Source: Nitriliruptor sp. (GTDB lineage: Bacteria; Actinomycetota; Nitriliruptoria; Nitriliruptorales; Nitriliruptoraceae). Taken from it: a stretch of DNA of 64,000 nucleotides. How positions within the stretch are numbered: the stretch's first letter is position 1; every line of letters begins with the position of its first letter. The translations under genes and the position numbers were made by a program. Of this stretch, positions 51,079-61,223 are shown one piece after another. Location: positions 6,540 to 70,539 of the forward strand of contig NZ_JBBEBZ010000171.1 in NCBI RefSeq assembly GCF_040882075.1, read 5' to 3'. The notes under the pieces are model-generated. The model saw only the letters and a list, made by a program, of their open reading frames with translations. It did not search any database and was not told where the DNA came from.

Positions 51079-52044
51079 TCAGGTGGCGGTGAGGACGAGC
51101 TTGCCGAAGACGTCGCCGTCGACCATCCGCGCGAACGCGTCACGCGCGTCGGCGAGGGCGTACTCGTCGTCGATGAGCGGCCGGACCCCGGTCGCGTCCA
51201 GCATGGAGATGAGCCGTTCGAGCTCCTGCTTGGTACCCATCGTCGAGCCGACCACCTCGAGCTGGCGGTAGAAGACCCGTGCGAGGTCCGCAGGCGGGTT
51301 CATGCCCGAGGTGGCGCCGACGACCACGATCCGGCCCCCGGCACGGAGCGCGCGCAGGGAGTGCTTCCAGGTCGCCTCGCCGACCGACTCCATGACGGCG
51401 TCGACCTTGTGGGGCAGCCGCTCACCGCTGGCGACGGCCAGGTGGGCCCCGAGCTCCTCGGCGCGAGCGAGCTTGTCCTCGTCGCGCGAGGTGACGGTCA
51501 CGTGCAGCCCCGCGGCTCGGGCCAGGAGCAGCAGCGCGGTGGACACGCCGCCGCCGGCACCCTGGATCAGGATCCGCTCGCCGGGCCGCAGGTCACCACG
51601 GGTGAACAGCATGCGGTAGGCGGTCAGGTAGGCGACGGGGAGGCACGCCGCCTCGGCGAAGGACAGCGAGGCGGGCTTGTCGATCAGGTTCCGCGACGGG
51701 ACCGCCACGCGCTCGGCGAAGGTGCCGTCGTAGCGCTCCGAGAGGATCGAGAAGTCATCCGCGAGCGTCTCGTCGGAACCGTCCGGGTCGGCGACGACCG
51801 CGTGGACGACCACCTCGCGGCCGTCCGCCGTGACGCCTGCCGCGTCACAACCGAGGACGATGGGCATCCGGTCCGGGTCGATCCCGACCCCGCGGAGGGT
51901 CCACACGTCGTGGTGGTTGAGCCCCGCGGCGCGGACCTCGACGACCTCCCACCCGGGAGGTGGCGACGGATCGGGGTGGTCGCCGAGCACGAGCGCGGCG
52001 AGCGGGTCGTCCGGGGACGGGTGCGAGGCGGTGATGGAGAACAT
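51079..52044 (-). CDS. Zinc-binding dehydrogenase / quinone oxidoreductase (MDR family)
   Basis: LNHHD, GCDAAG, AYLTAYRML, GAGGGV, GSTMG, FGKLVL. Confidence 0.92.
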   Translation of the reverse strand: MFSITASHPSPDDPLAALVLGDHPDPSPPPGWEVVEVRAAGLNHHDVWTLRGVGIDPDRMPIVLGCDAAGVTADGREVVVHAVVADPDGSDETLADDFSILSERYDGTFAERVAVPSRNLIDKPASLSFAEAACLPVAYLTAYRMLFTRGDLRPGERILIQGAGGGVSTALLLLARAAGLHVTVTSRDEDKLARAEELGAHLAVASGERLPHKVDAVMESVGEATWKHSLRALRAGGRIVVVGATSGMNPPADLARVFYRQLEVVGSTMGTKQELERLISMLDATGVRPLIDDEYALADARDAFARMVDGDVFGKLVLTAT

Positions 52045-52054
52045 GGCTCCGACC

Positions 52055-53056
52055 CTACTGACCCACCGGCGGGGTGACGCGCGTCGGCACGGCCATCAGG
52101 TCGAAGGGCACGCCGAGCTCGTCGACGATCACCGGCGTCTGCGGGCCGTACGGCACCTGCAGCGAGGTGTAGTGGCTCGCGAGGGGTGCGGCTTCGGCGA
52201 ACGCGGTCTGCACCGACGGCGGATCGTCACCTCGCTGCCAGAGCCCGCGGTCGAGGAGGAACGCGCCCCAGACCGAGTGGCCGGCCTGCGGGTCCTCGTA
52301 GGACTTCTCGTCCGCCTCGGAGGAGAAGGTCCACACCCGTCCGGGTGCGGTGAGTCCCTGGAGCGAGAACCCAGCCGCCTCGCAGGCGGCGACGTTGCCC
52401 CAGAAGGCGTCGTGGGTCACCGCGCCGAGCGCGTCGGCGAGCTCGCTGCGCCGGACGAAGTCGTCGTCGGTCGGCCACAGGGCCTGATCGTCGATGCGTC
52501 CACCAGCGCCGTACCACTTCTTGGAGTGGCCGGAGTAGTGGAAGACCACCGTCGACTCCGGACCGGCCTTGCGCGCCAGCCACGCGACGGACTCGCGGAT
52601 CATGTCCCCGGTGGCATCGCGGTCGGTCAGCAGCACGATGCGCTCGTCGGACCAGCTGGCGCGCAGCAGCAGCTCCCGGAGCCGTTCGGCGTCCTCGCGC
52701 GAGACGAAGTTGTCGGGGACGGCGCCGAGGTGCTCGTTGATGCCGATGAGGACCGCCCACCCGTCCTCCCCCCGTCCCGTCCCCCGGGTCGCCGCCTCCT
52801 GGACGGGGAAGCTGCGGGCGAAGGCGGCGCGACGCTCCGGGTCGTCGTCCGGACCGGGCGGGGCCTGCGCCGCCGGTGCATCCGCGCGCACCTCGAGGAA
52901 CGCCGCGAGCCCACCAGCATCGCCGTCCGGCTGGACGAGCACGTCCGCGGCGGCCGAGGCGCCCGGGGTCCGTGCGGAACCGAGGTAGGACAGGCCGGTG
53001 AGAGCGATCGCCGAGGCCACGGCGACCAGCACCGCGACGATGCCGCGCAGCTGCAC
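52055..53056 (-). CDS. Exported caspase-family (peptidase C14) protein
   Basis: N-terminal signal/TM, AVLIGIN, LLTDRDAT, FHYSGH (His), AACEAAG (Cys), QTP. Confidence 0.8.
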   Translation of the reverse strand: MQLRGIVAVLVAVASAIALTGLSYLGSARTPGASAAADVLVQPDGDAGGLAAFLEVRADAPAAQAPPGPDDDPERRAAFARSFPVQEAATRGTGRGEDGWAVLIGINEHLGAVPDNFVSREDAERLRELLLRASWSDERIVLLTDRDATGDMIRESVAWLARKAGPESTVVFHYSGHSKKWYGAGGRIDDQALWPTDDDFVRRSELADALGAVTHDAFWGNVAACEAAGFSLQGLTAPGRVWTFSSEADEKSYEDPQAGHSVWGAFLLDRGLWQRGDDPPSVQTAFAEAAPLASHYTSLQVPYGPQTPVIVDELGVPFDLMAVPTRVTPPVGQ

Positions 53057-53116
53057 CGTCCCCTCCCGGCCCGACGTCCACCAACGGTACCGACGACCAG
53101 GCCGACCGGCCCGGCG

Positions 53117-53677
53117 TCACGGGCAGTGCGCGACCGCCGGGGCACGGTCGGCGTGCCCGGTCACGAACGCGTCGAGCAGGTCGCGATCGACGCTCTCGAG
53201 CGGCATCCGCTGGCGCCACGAGGTGGCCACGACGGTGACCCCGTCCGGGAGCGAGGCGTGCGGGGCGACCGCGACACGGTCACGCTCAGCCAACGCCGCG
53301 AGCACCTCGAACTGGTCGCCGGCCAGGTCGGGTGGGTGGTGGATCAGCACGACCCCCGCCGCGAGCGTCTCGACCTGCTGCTCGGGGCTGAGCGGATCGT
53401 CGACGCGGCCGCAGATCGGATCACCGCGTTGTGGCCCCGTCACCGGCAGGTCCGGATCGGGCCCGGGCGCGTCCGCGGGCCCGTCCGCGGTCGTGGTGAA
53501 CTCGGCGACGACCACCCGCGCCGCCCGCTCCGGATCGACGCGGCCGAAGAGCGCTCCCGCTGCGAAGCCGGCGACCAGCAGCCCCAACGCGGCCACCGCG
53601 AACAGCCGGAGCGTGCGACCCCGGTCCGGGGGCGAGGACGGCGTCCCACCGTGCCGGTGCGGCGGGAGACCGCTCAC
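53117..53677 (-). CDS. DUF3105-like membrane-anchored protein
   Basis: One TM, PVTGP, VETLAAGVVLI, VVATSW; GTGA overlap with the upstream gene. Confidence 0.65.
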   Translation of the reverse strand: MSGLPPHRHGGTPSSPPDRGRTLRLFAVAALGLLVAGFAAGALFGRVDPERAARVVVAEFTTTADGPADAPGPDPDLPVTGPQRGDPICGRVDDPLSPEQQVETLAAGVVLIHHPPDLAGDQFEVLAALAERDRVAVAPHASLPDGVTVVATSWRQRMPLESVDRDLLDAFVTGHADRAPAVAHCP

Positions 53678-54876
53678 GGAGCGACCCTCCGTGCGGCGGG
53701 ACCTGAAGCGGTCCCCGGGTCCCGGTCGCTGAGCACCTCGAGGCAGCGGTCGGCCGCCCACGACGCGCCGAGCGGTTCGGCCTCGCGTGCCAGCTGCGCC
53801 GCGGCGTCGGGCATCCGGCGATCGGTGAGCGCACGGACCACCGCCCACCGGAGCGCCCGTGGCGTGCAGCGGGCCGGCCGCAGGACGCGGCCCGCACCGA
53901 CGTCACGCAGACGGGCCGCCGCTTCGCGCTGATCACCCGCGAGGGGGACGACCACCTGTGGCACGCCCGCGGCCGCCGCCTTGACCAGGAACCCGCCACC
54001 CGCCGGGGAGACGGCCACCGACGCCTCGGCCAGCAGCGGGCCGTGCGGGCCGACGCCCACCACGGTCCGGTGGTCCCGGCGCGGAGGGAGCGAGGTCGTC
54101 GTGACCACCAGCCGCAGGTCCAGGCCGGCCAGACCCAGGAGGGCGACGTCGGCCAGCGAGCGGTCGAGGCCGGTCGCGGTGGAGTCGGTGACGACCACGA
54201 GCGGGGCGTCGCCGTCCGGCGGCGCCAGCGGCGGCAGATCCGGGTCGAGCGCCAACGGCCCCGCGATCAGGGTGTTCGCCGGCCACCGGCGCCGCGGGCG
54301 CTCCAGGGAGGGCAGCGTCTGGAGCAGCCGGAGCGCCGGCGCGGGCCACCCCGCCAGGCCGAGCTCGGCCGCCGCGGCGGCCGCGGCCCGGTCCCCCTCG
54401 GCGTTCGAGCGCAGCTGACATCGCACGAGCTGGCGGTCGTCGAACCGGCGCCAGGGTGTCCGAGGCAGCGGCCGGCCGAGCCCGATCGGTGGCAGGTCAG
54501 GATCCGGATCCGGCAGGTGGTGCGGGACGACCTCGACGGCGGGGATCCCGAGCGTGGCTGCGGTCAACGCACCGGCGCGCGTCAGGGTGTCCACCACCAC
54601 CAGGGCCGGCTCGAACGCCGCCACCTGCGGGGTCAGCGCGCGCGACATCGCCATCGGGCGGACGTGCAGCCGCACGCCGAGGTCGTCGTCACCTGGCTGA
54701 GGAGCGAGCAGCGGGAGCTCGTGCCACTCGATGTCGTGCCGCGCCGCCAGCCCGGCGTGTCGGGTGCCGGTCCAGACCACGACCCGGTGGCCACGCCGAC
54801 GCAGCTGCGCTCCGATGCCGAGGATCGGAAGCGCGTGTCCGGGGTCGGGACCGACGATCAACGCGATGATCGCCAC
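53674..54876 (-). CDS. GT-B glycosyltransferase (family 1/MGT-like)
   Basis: PDPGHALP, PHGPLL, GVPQVVVPLAGDQ. Confidence 0.88.
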   Translation of the reverse strand: MAIIALIVGPDPGHALPILGIGAQLRRRGHRVVVWTGTRHAGLAARHDIEWHELPLLAPQPGDDDLGVRLHVRPMAMSRALTPQVAAFEPALVVVDTLTRAGALTAATLGIPAVEVVPHHLPDPDPDLPPIGLGRPLPRTPWRRFDDRQLVRCQLRSNAEGDRAAAAAAAELGLAGWPAPALRLLQTLPSLERPRRRWPANTLIAGPLALDPDLPPLAPPDGDAPLVVVTDSTATGLDRSLADVALLGLAGLDLRLVVTTTSLPPRRDHRTVVGVGPHGPLLAEASVAVSPAGGGFLVKAAAAGVPQVVVPLAGDQREAAARLRDVGAGRVLRPARCTPRALRWAVVRALTDRRMPDAAAQLAREAEPLGASWAADRCLEVLSDRDPGTASGPAARRVAP

Positions 54877-55239
54877 TCAGCCCCTCCCCGTGGGCGGTCG
54901 GACCCACACGCGACCGTCCGTCTCACCGGCCTCGAGCAGCACCAGTCCGTCGTCGCCCGGTCCCGGCCACACGCACGTGCCGTCCGTGACGTCGTAGCGG
55001 TGTCGGTGGTGACGGCAGGTCAACGTGGTGCCGTCGAGCTCACCTCGCTTCAGCGGCTGCCCGAGGTGGGGGCAGGCGGCCCCGAACGCGGCCAACCCGG
55101 CCGGGGTGCGCACCAGCAGGACCCGCTCCCCCGCGACCTTGACCTCGAGGAACGGTGGCGCGGTGGGCACGTCGCCGCTCGCGGCGACGTCCACCGTCCC
55201 CGGCGGTCCCGCGTCAGGACGGCGACGGCGCAGACGCAC
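54877..55239 (-). CDS. Small Rieske [2Fe-2S] protein
   Basis: CPHLG and CRHH ligand motifs, YDVTDG; start uncertain. Confidence 0.82.
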   Translation of the reverse strand: MRLRRRRPDAGPPGTVDVAASGDVPTAPPFLEVKVAGERVLLVRTPAGLAAFGAACPHLGQPLKRGELDGTTLTCRHHRHRYDVTDGTCVWPGPGDDGLVLLEAGETDGRVWVRPPTGRG

Positions 55240-55325
55240 GTCAGCACCATCCCGACATCGTTGCTGCACCTGCTCGCACGGTCGTGTCCCCTCCACCCGG
55301 CGGAGGGTAGGCCGCGCGATCGAGG

Positions 55326-56246
55326 TCAGAAGGCGGGGTCGGCCACGAGCGCGTCATCGAGCAGCGCGTCGCACCAGCCGGCTGCCGTCGCCGCCAGGTC
55401 CGCGTCCACGATGCGCAGCACCCCCTCGACCGCGTCGTCCTCCGGGGGCGCGCCGGCGCGCGTGGTGCGGATCCGTTCCGGCGCGAGGGCGAGCGCCTGG
55501 CCCCAGCGGTGGCGGGCGAGATCCCCGGCCGCGCGTGGACCGACCCGCAGGACCAGCCGCACCGATCGCGGGTCGGCGCCGAGCACGTCGACGAGCCACC
55601 GCACGACGGTCCGAGCCAGCCGCGGGTCGCGGGTCGTGACGGTCACCGCCCCACCCGCGATCTCGGCCACCCCGGCGAGGACGCCGAGTCCCGCCGCGAG
55701 GTGGGGATCGCTGCGGAGACGGTCGCGGGCGTCGTCGGCGGCCCGCTGTCGGCGACGGTCCGCGGCGGTCTGTTCCTCGGCCCGGTCGCGTTCGGGGACC
55801 GGCTGGAGGGTCACGGTCGCCGCGGACCGGGCAGCGTGCCGAGGCGCGACCACGCCGCCCGTCCACGCACGGACGAGCAGTTCGTCCACCCCGAGCTGGG
55901 TGGCGATATCGGTCCGATCCACGCCGGCGCGACGCAGCGCGCGAGCGCGGGCTGGGCGCGTGTCGGAGGGGTCCTCGTCGACCGCGATCGCCCCCTCCCC
56001 CCCGTGCGACCCGTCCTCGCGGAGCGCATCGGTCGAGCCCGGGACCACCCGCAGGGTGGGCAGCGCGTGCGGCGCGACCGTGCGACGGGCCCGGGCGGTG
56101 AGCGCGAACGGGATGGGGTGTTCGGCCTCGTCGTCGAACGGCAGCGGCACCTGCGCGCCGGTGCCAGCGGCAGGCGGAGCAGCGGACGCCGCGATGGTCG
56201 GCGCGTTGTCCGAGGTGCCAGGTGGGTGCGGGGTTCGCTCTTCCAT
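55326..56246 (-). CDS. HTH plus degenerate LAGLIDADG-like domain protein (paralog of 50280-50981)
   Basis: ARALRRAG..DIATQLGV..VRAWT HTH; AGLGVLAG..TTRDP..VRWL..VRLVL..W pattern collinear with the paralog. Confidence 0.65.
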   Translation of the reverse strand: MEERTPHPPGTSDNAPTIAASAAPPAAGTGAQVPLPFDDEAEHPIPFALTARARRTVAPHALPTLRVVPGSTDALREDGSHGGEGAIAVDEDPSDTRPARARALRRAGVDRTDIATQLGVDELLVRAWTGGVVAPRHAARSAATVTLQPVPERDRAEEQTAADRRRQRAADDARDRLRSDPHLAAGLGVLAGVAEIAGGAVTVTTRDPRLARTVVRWLVDVLGADPRSVRLVLRVGPRAAGDLARHRWGQALALAPERIRTTRAGAPPEDDAVEGVLRIVDADLAATAAGWCDALLDDALVADPAF

Positions 56247-56252
56247 GACCCG

Positions 56253-56274
56253 AACGTAGAGCAGGGGTGTGACA
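56253..56274 (-). promoter_or_regulatory. RecA-NDp/PafBC-type DNA-damage promoter candidate (leaderless)
   Basis: Minus strand TGTCACAC-N8-TACGTT, then ATG 6 nt later. Confidence 0.5.
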
Positions 56275-56311
56275 CGGATCGCGGGTGCCTCCCAGCCTCA
56301 CCGCGGGCGAC

Positions 56312-57244
56312 TCACGACCTCCCCCAGCCCTCCTGCCGAGACGTCTCGAGCAGGGTCGTGATCTGCCCGAGGTCGGCATCCAAGGGGTGGACGCCGAGCA
56401 CCTGCACGCACACCTGGTCCGCGCCCGCCTCGAGGTGCTCGACGATCCGGTCACGCGTGGCCTCGAGCCCGACCGTGACCATCGCATCCTTCAGCCGGTC
56501 GCTGCCACCCCGGACGTAGTCGTCCTCGGAGAACCCCTGCCGGGTCCAGCTCGCGCGGTAGTTCGGCAGGCCGGTGTAGACCTCGAGGTGGGTGTGGGTC
56601 CGTCGGCGCGCCTCGTCCGGGTCGTCGAGGAGCACCGCGCCGTGCTCGACCACGAGCAGCCGGTCGGGACCGACGATCTCCCGGGCCTGCGCCGTGTGCT
56701 CCGGCAGGGTGAGGTACGGCAGCGCCCCGTCGGCCAGCTCAGCGGACAGCTCGAGCATCTTCGGCCCGAGCGCGGCGAGCATCCGCGGCCGAGCGGGACC
56801 GGCGTCCACCACCACGGGCGAGACCTGATCGAGCGCCTCGAGGTAGGTCCGCATCGCCGCCAGCGGCTTGCCGTACTCGTGGCCGCGGAGCCGCTCGACC
56901 AACGGGGCGTGGCTGACGCCGAGTCCGAACACGAACCGGCCGGGGTGCCGGGCCGAGGTCGTGGCCTGGGCGCCACGTGCCGCGAGGGCGTCCCGCGCGT
57001 AGATGCTGGCGATCGACGACCCGACCACCAGCTCCGAGGTCGCGTCCAGGCACAGCGCAGCCTGGGCGAACGACTCACGGCCGTACGCCTCGCCGTACCA
57101 CAGCGCACCCCCGCCGAGCCGTTCGACCTCGCGGGCGAGATCGCCGACCTCGGCCACCGGTAACCCGTCGAGCCCACCGCTCCAGATCCCGACCGGTCCG
57201 AGCCGCGCGCGCAGCTCGGTCACGGTCCCGGCTGCATCGCTCAA
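56312..57244 (-). CDS. LLM-class F420-dependent oxidoreductase
   Basis: GPVGIW, IASIYARD, GRFVFGLGVSH, LAALGPKML, GADQVCVQ; AGGAGA RBS before TTG. Confidence 0.9.
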   Translation of the reverse strand: MSDAAGTVTELRARLGPVGIWSGGLDGLPVAEVGDLAREVERLGGGALWYGEAYGRESFAQAALCLDATSELVVGSSIASIYARDALAARGAQATTSARHPGRFVFGLGVSHAPLVERLRGHEYGKPLAAMRTYLEALDQVSPVVVDAGPARPRMLAALGPKMLELSAELADGALPYLTLPEHTAQAREIVGPDRLLVVEHGAVLLDDPDEARRRTHTHLEVYTGLPNYRASWTRQGFSEDDYVRGGSDRLKDAMVTVGLEATRDRIVEHLEAGADQVCVQVLGVHPLDADLGQITTLLETSRQEGWGRS

Positions 57245-57359
57245 CGCTGGTCTCCTCATCGTGGCCGTCGGTGGCGTACAAGGTGGGTCTACCAGCCACC
57301 GGCGACGCATCCGGTACCCGCGGGGAACGCTGACGGTCCCGACGCGGCTCCCGCGGAGG

Positions 57360-58511
<1,152 letters not shown>

Positions 58512-58791
58512 GCCAGCGAGCGGTCGCTCGGGCGTCTCCGTGCGGGATGGCCCCCCACCTCGCGGCGGTGCGCCAACCCCGCTGGCTCCCACGGCCGTAC
58601 CCCTCCGGTCGGACCGCGACGACTGTAACGAGCCGGTCGCCGACCGGGCGGAGCGTTCCGAGGCGGGCGGCTCGTCGCGCACGGCCCGCACTCGACCGCG
58701 CTCCGGCCGGCCACCGTGCGGGCGGTCGGCCGCCGCCTCGCTGTGGCCTCGCGGCCGCGCCGATCGGCCCGGACCGATCAGACCGCATCGA

Positions 58792-60654
58792 TCAGACCGG
58801 GTCGATCACCGTCGTGAGCGTGCGGCGACGTTGCTCCAGGGTCGCCAACTGCCGCTGCACGTCCATCAGTTCGTCCCGGTCGCGGGTGTGATGGAGGGTC
58901 TGCAGCCGCTCGCGGAGGCGCTTGGTCTCGGCTTCAACGCGGAGCGCCACCAGCGTGCGGACCCGCCACGCGGCCGTGTCCGCGTCGATGGGGACGGGTT
59001 CCTCCTCGACGGCCAACCCCCGGATGGTGGCGCGCAGGTCGTCGTCGGCGGCAGCCGCGACGACGGCGTTGGCCCCGGCGTCCGGGCCACCAGCGTCGCG
59101 GATGGTCACGAACACGGCCCGGGCGACGGGGTGGCTCAGGTCGTCCTCGGTCAGTTCCTCCCACTCGTCGGGCAGGAGCTCGGGGTGCTGGAGCGCCACA
59201 CGGAGCACGTCTCGCTCGCGCTGCACCTGGGCTCGGTCGAGCTTCGCCCCGGTCGTGGCCGTGGTCCGGCGCGCGACGGGGGTCGCCGCGACGCCCTGGT
59301 GCCGGTCGAGGTCGATGCCCTGGCGCGCGGCGGAGCGCGCGACGAAGTCGTAGGCCAGCCCGATGCCCGCGGCGACCTCGGTGCGTGCCCACTCGCGTCG
59401 CAGGTCCGCGTCCGGCTCCCGCTGCAGGATCTCGAGGGCCTCGTGGAGCGCCGCCGTGCGACCCCCCTCGGTCGACAGGTCAGCGTCGGCGAGCCGGTGA
59501 CGGAGCACGAACGGCACGACCGGCAACGCGTCGTCGACCAGCTGGCGCATCCCGTCCACCCCGAGCTCCCGGGCCGCGTCCGCCGGGTCCTGTCCGTCGG
59601 GCAGCGCGAGGACGCGGAGCTCGAGCGCCGTCCCGACCCCCGACGTCGAGGCGAGCTCGGTGGCGGCCTCCCAGGCGCGCTCGGCGGCCTTCACGCCGGC
59701 AGCGTCCCCGTCGAAGGCGAACACCACGCGCTTGGCGTAGCGGGCGACAGCGCGGAGGTGCTCGACCCCCACCGCGGTCCCGCAGGTGGCGACGGCGTTC
59801 CCGAACCCGGCCTGGTGCAGGCCCATCACGTCGGTGTAGCCCTCACAGATCAGCACCGATTCGGCCCGGACGATGTCGGCGCGGGCCTGCGGCACGCCGT
59901 AGAGCACCCGGTTCTTCTTGTAGAGGGGGGTCTCGGCGGAGTTGAGGTACTTCGGTGGGTCGAAGTCGCCGTAGTCGAGCCCCGGCAGGACCCGCCCGCC
60001 GAAGCCGATGACGTCACCGCCGGGGTCGTGGATCGGGAAGATCAGGCGACCGCGGAACCGGTCGCGGAGACCACCCCGGTCGTTCTTGACCGACAGGCCG
60101 GTCTCGATCAGGTCCTCGGGCCGGATGCCCTCGTCCTTCAGGGTGAGCGAGAGCGTGTCCCACGCGTTCGGGGCGTACCCGAGCTCGAAGCGCTCGGCGT
60201 CGTCCCGTCCGAACCCGCGCTCCTTGAGGTAATCACGCGCCACCTGGCCCTCGTCCGCGTACAGCTGGGCCGTGAAGAACTCGAGCGCCGCCCTCGTGAC
60301 GTCGACCAGCTTGGTGCGCTGGCCGAGAGCGCGCCGGTCCTTGGCGGTCAGCTCCTCGTAGCGGAGGGTGAAACCGACGCGGCGGGCCAGGGCCTCGACC
60401 GCCTCGGGGAAGTCGAGCCCCTCGATGCGTTGGAGGAAGTCGTAGAGGTCGCCCGACGCTCCGCACCCGAAGCAGTGGAAGAAGTTCTCGCCGGGCGTGA
60501 CGTGGAACGACGGGGTGCGCTCGGTGTGGAACGGGCACAGCCCCTTGAAGGACCGGCCGGCGCGCTTCAGCGTGGTGTAGTCGCCGACGACCTGCACGAT
60601 GTCCGCCTGGCGCCGGAGCGCCTCGACGTCGTCGCGCAGGATCCGTCCCGCCAC
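58792..60654 (-). CDS. dnaG: DNA primase
   Basis: CPFH..CFGC zinc finger, DRFRGR, KYLNS, EGYTD, FDGDAAG, DPAD. Confidence 0.97.
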   Translation of the reverse strand: MAGRILRDDVEALRRQADIVQVVGDYTTLKRAGRSFKGLCPFHTERTPSFHVTPGENFFHCFGCGASGDLYDFLQRIEGLDFPEAVEALARRVGFTLRYEELTAKDRRALGQRTKLVDVTRAALEFFTAQLYADEGQVARDYLKERGFGRDDAERFELGYAPNAWDTLSLTLKDEGIRPEDLIETGLSVKNDRGGLRDRFRGRLIFPIHDPGGDVIGFGGRVLPGLDYGDFDPPKYLNSAETPLYKKNRVLYGVPQARADIVRAESVLICEGYTDVMGLHQAGFGNAVATCGTAVGVEHLRAVARYAKRVVFAFDGDAAGVKAAERAWEAATELASTSGVGTALELRVLALPDGQDPADAARELGVDGMRQLVDDALPVVPFVLRHRLADADLSTEGGRTAALHEALEILQREPDADLRREWARTEVAAGIGLAYDFVARSAARQGIDLDRHQGVAATPVARRTTATTGAKLDRAQVQRERDVLRVALQHPELLPDEWEELTEDDLSHPVARAVFVTIRDAGGPDAGANAVVAAAADDDLRATIRGLAVEEEPVPIDADTAAWRVRTLVALRVEAETKRLRERLQTLHHTRDRDELMDVQRQLATLEQRRRTLTTVIDPV

Positions 60655-60667
60655 CGTCCCGCTCCCG

Positions 60668-61084
60668 TCAGCTCAGGTTCGCGTCGTCCCAGTCCGGGTC
60701 GAGCTCGAGCAGGAAGCCGGCGATGCGTTCGACCTCGCTGGTCTCGCCGATCTCCTGCGCCGCACGCTGCAACCGGACCAGGCAGGTCAGGAACGGCCGG
60801 TTCGACGGGGTCGACCAGCGCACGAAGCCACGCCCGCCCCACCCGTAGGCACGCAGCGCGTCGAGCCCCCGGTGGTACCCGACCCGCGCGTAGGCGTAGC
60901 GCTCGATGGGCTCGCGGCCGCGGGCGGCCAGCTCGGCCCACCCGGCCACGAGGGTCGGGTGGTCGGCGACGACGGCCGACAGGGCGGTCAGCTGGGTGTC
61001 CGGATCGGTCGCCAGCGCGGACGCGAGCGCCTCACGGGCAGCGTCCGGCGGAGGCGGCAGGACGGTCTCGTGTCGATCGGCCAT
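60668..61084 (-). CDS. DUF3151 family protein
   Basis: YAYARVGYHRGLDALR..GWGG.G.V.W..NRPFL. Confidence 0.88.
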   Translation of the reverse strand: MADRHETVLPPPPDAAREALASALATDPDTQLTALSAVVADHPTLVAGWAELAARGREPIERYAYARVGYHRGLDALRAYGWGGRGFVRWSTPSNRPFLTCLVRLQRAAQEIGETSEVERIAGFLLELDPDWDDANLS

Positions 61085-61223
61085 GGGGAGCTCGGCCACG
61101 TGCGTACCTGTCCTCGAGGGGCGTGATCGGAGCGACCGGCGGGTCGCCACGGTCCGAGCCCGGACGGTAGCGCTCCGGTGGGCCTGGCTAGCCTCGGCGA
61201 CCCGCCCCGACAGAAGCCACCAC

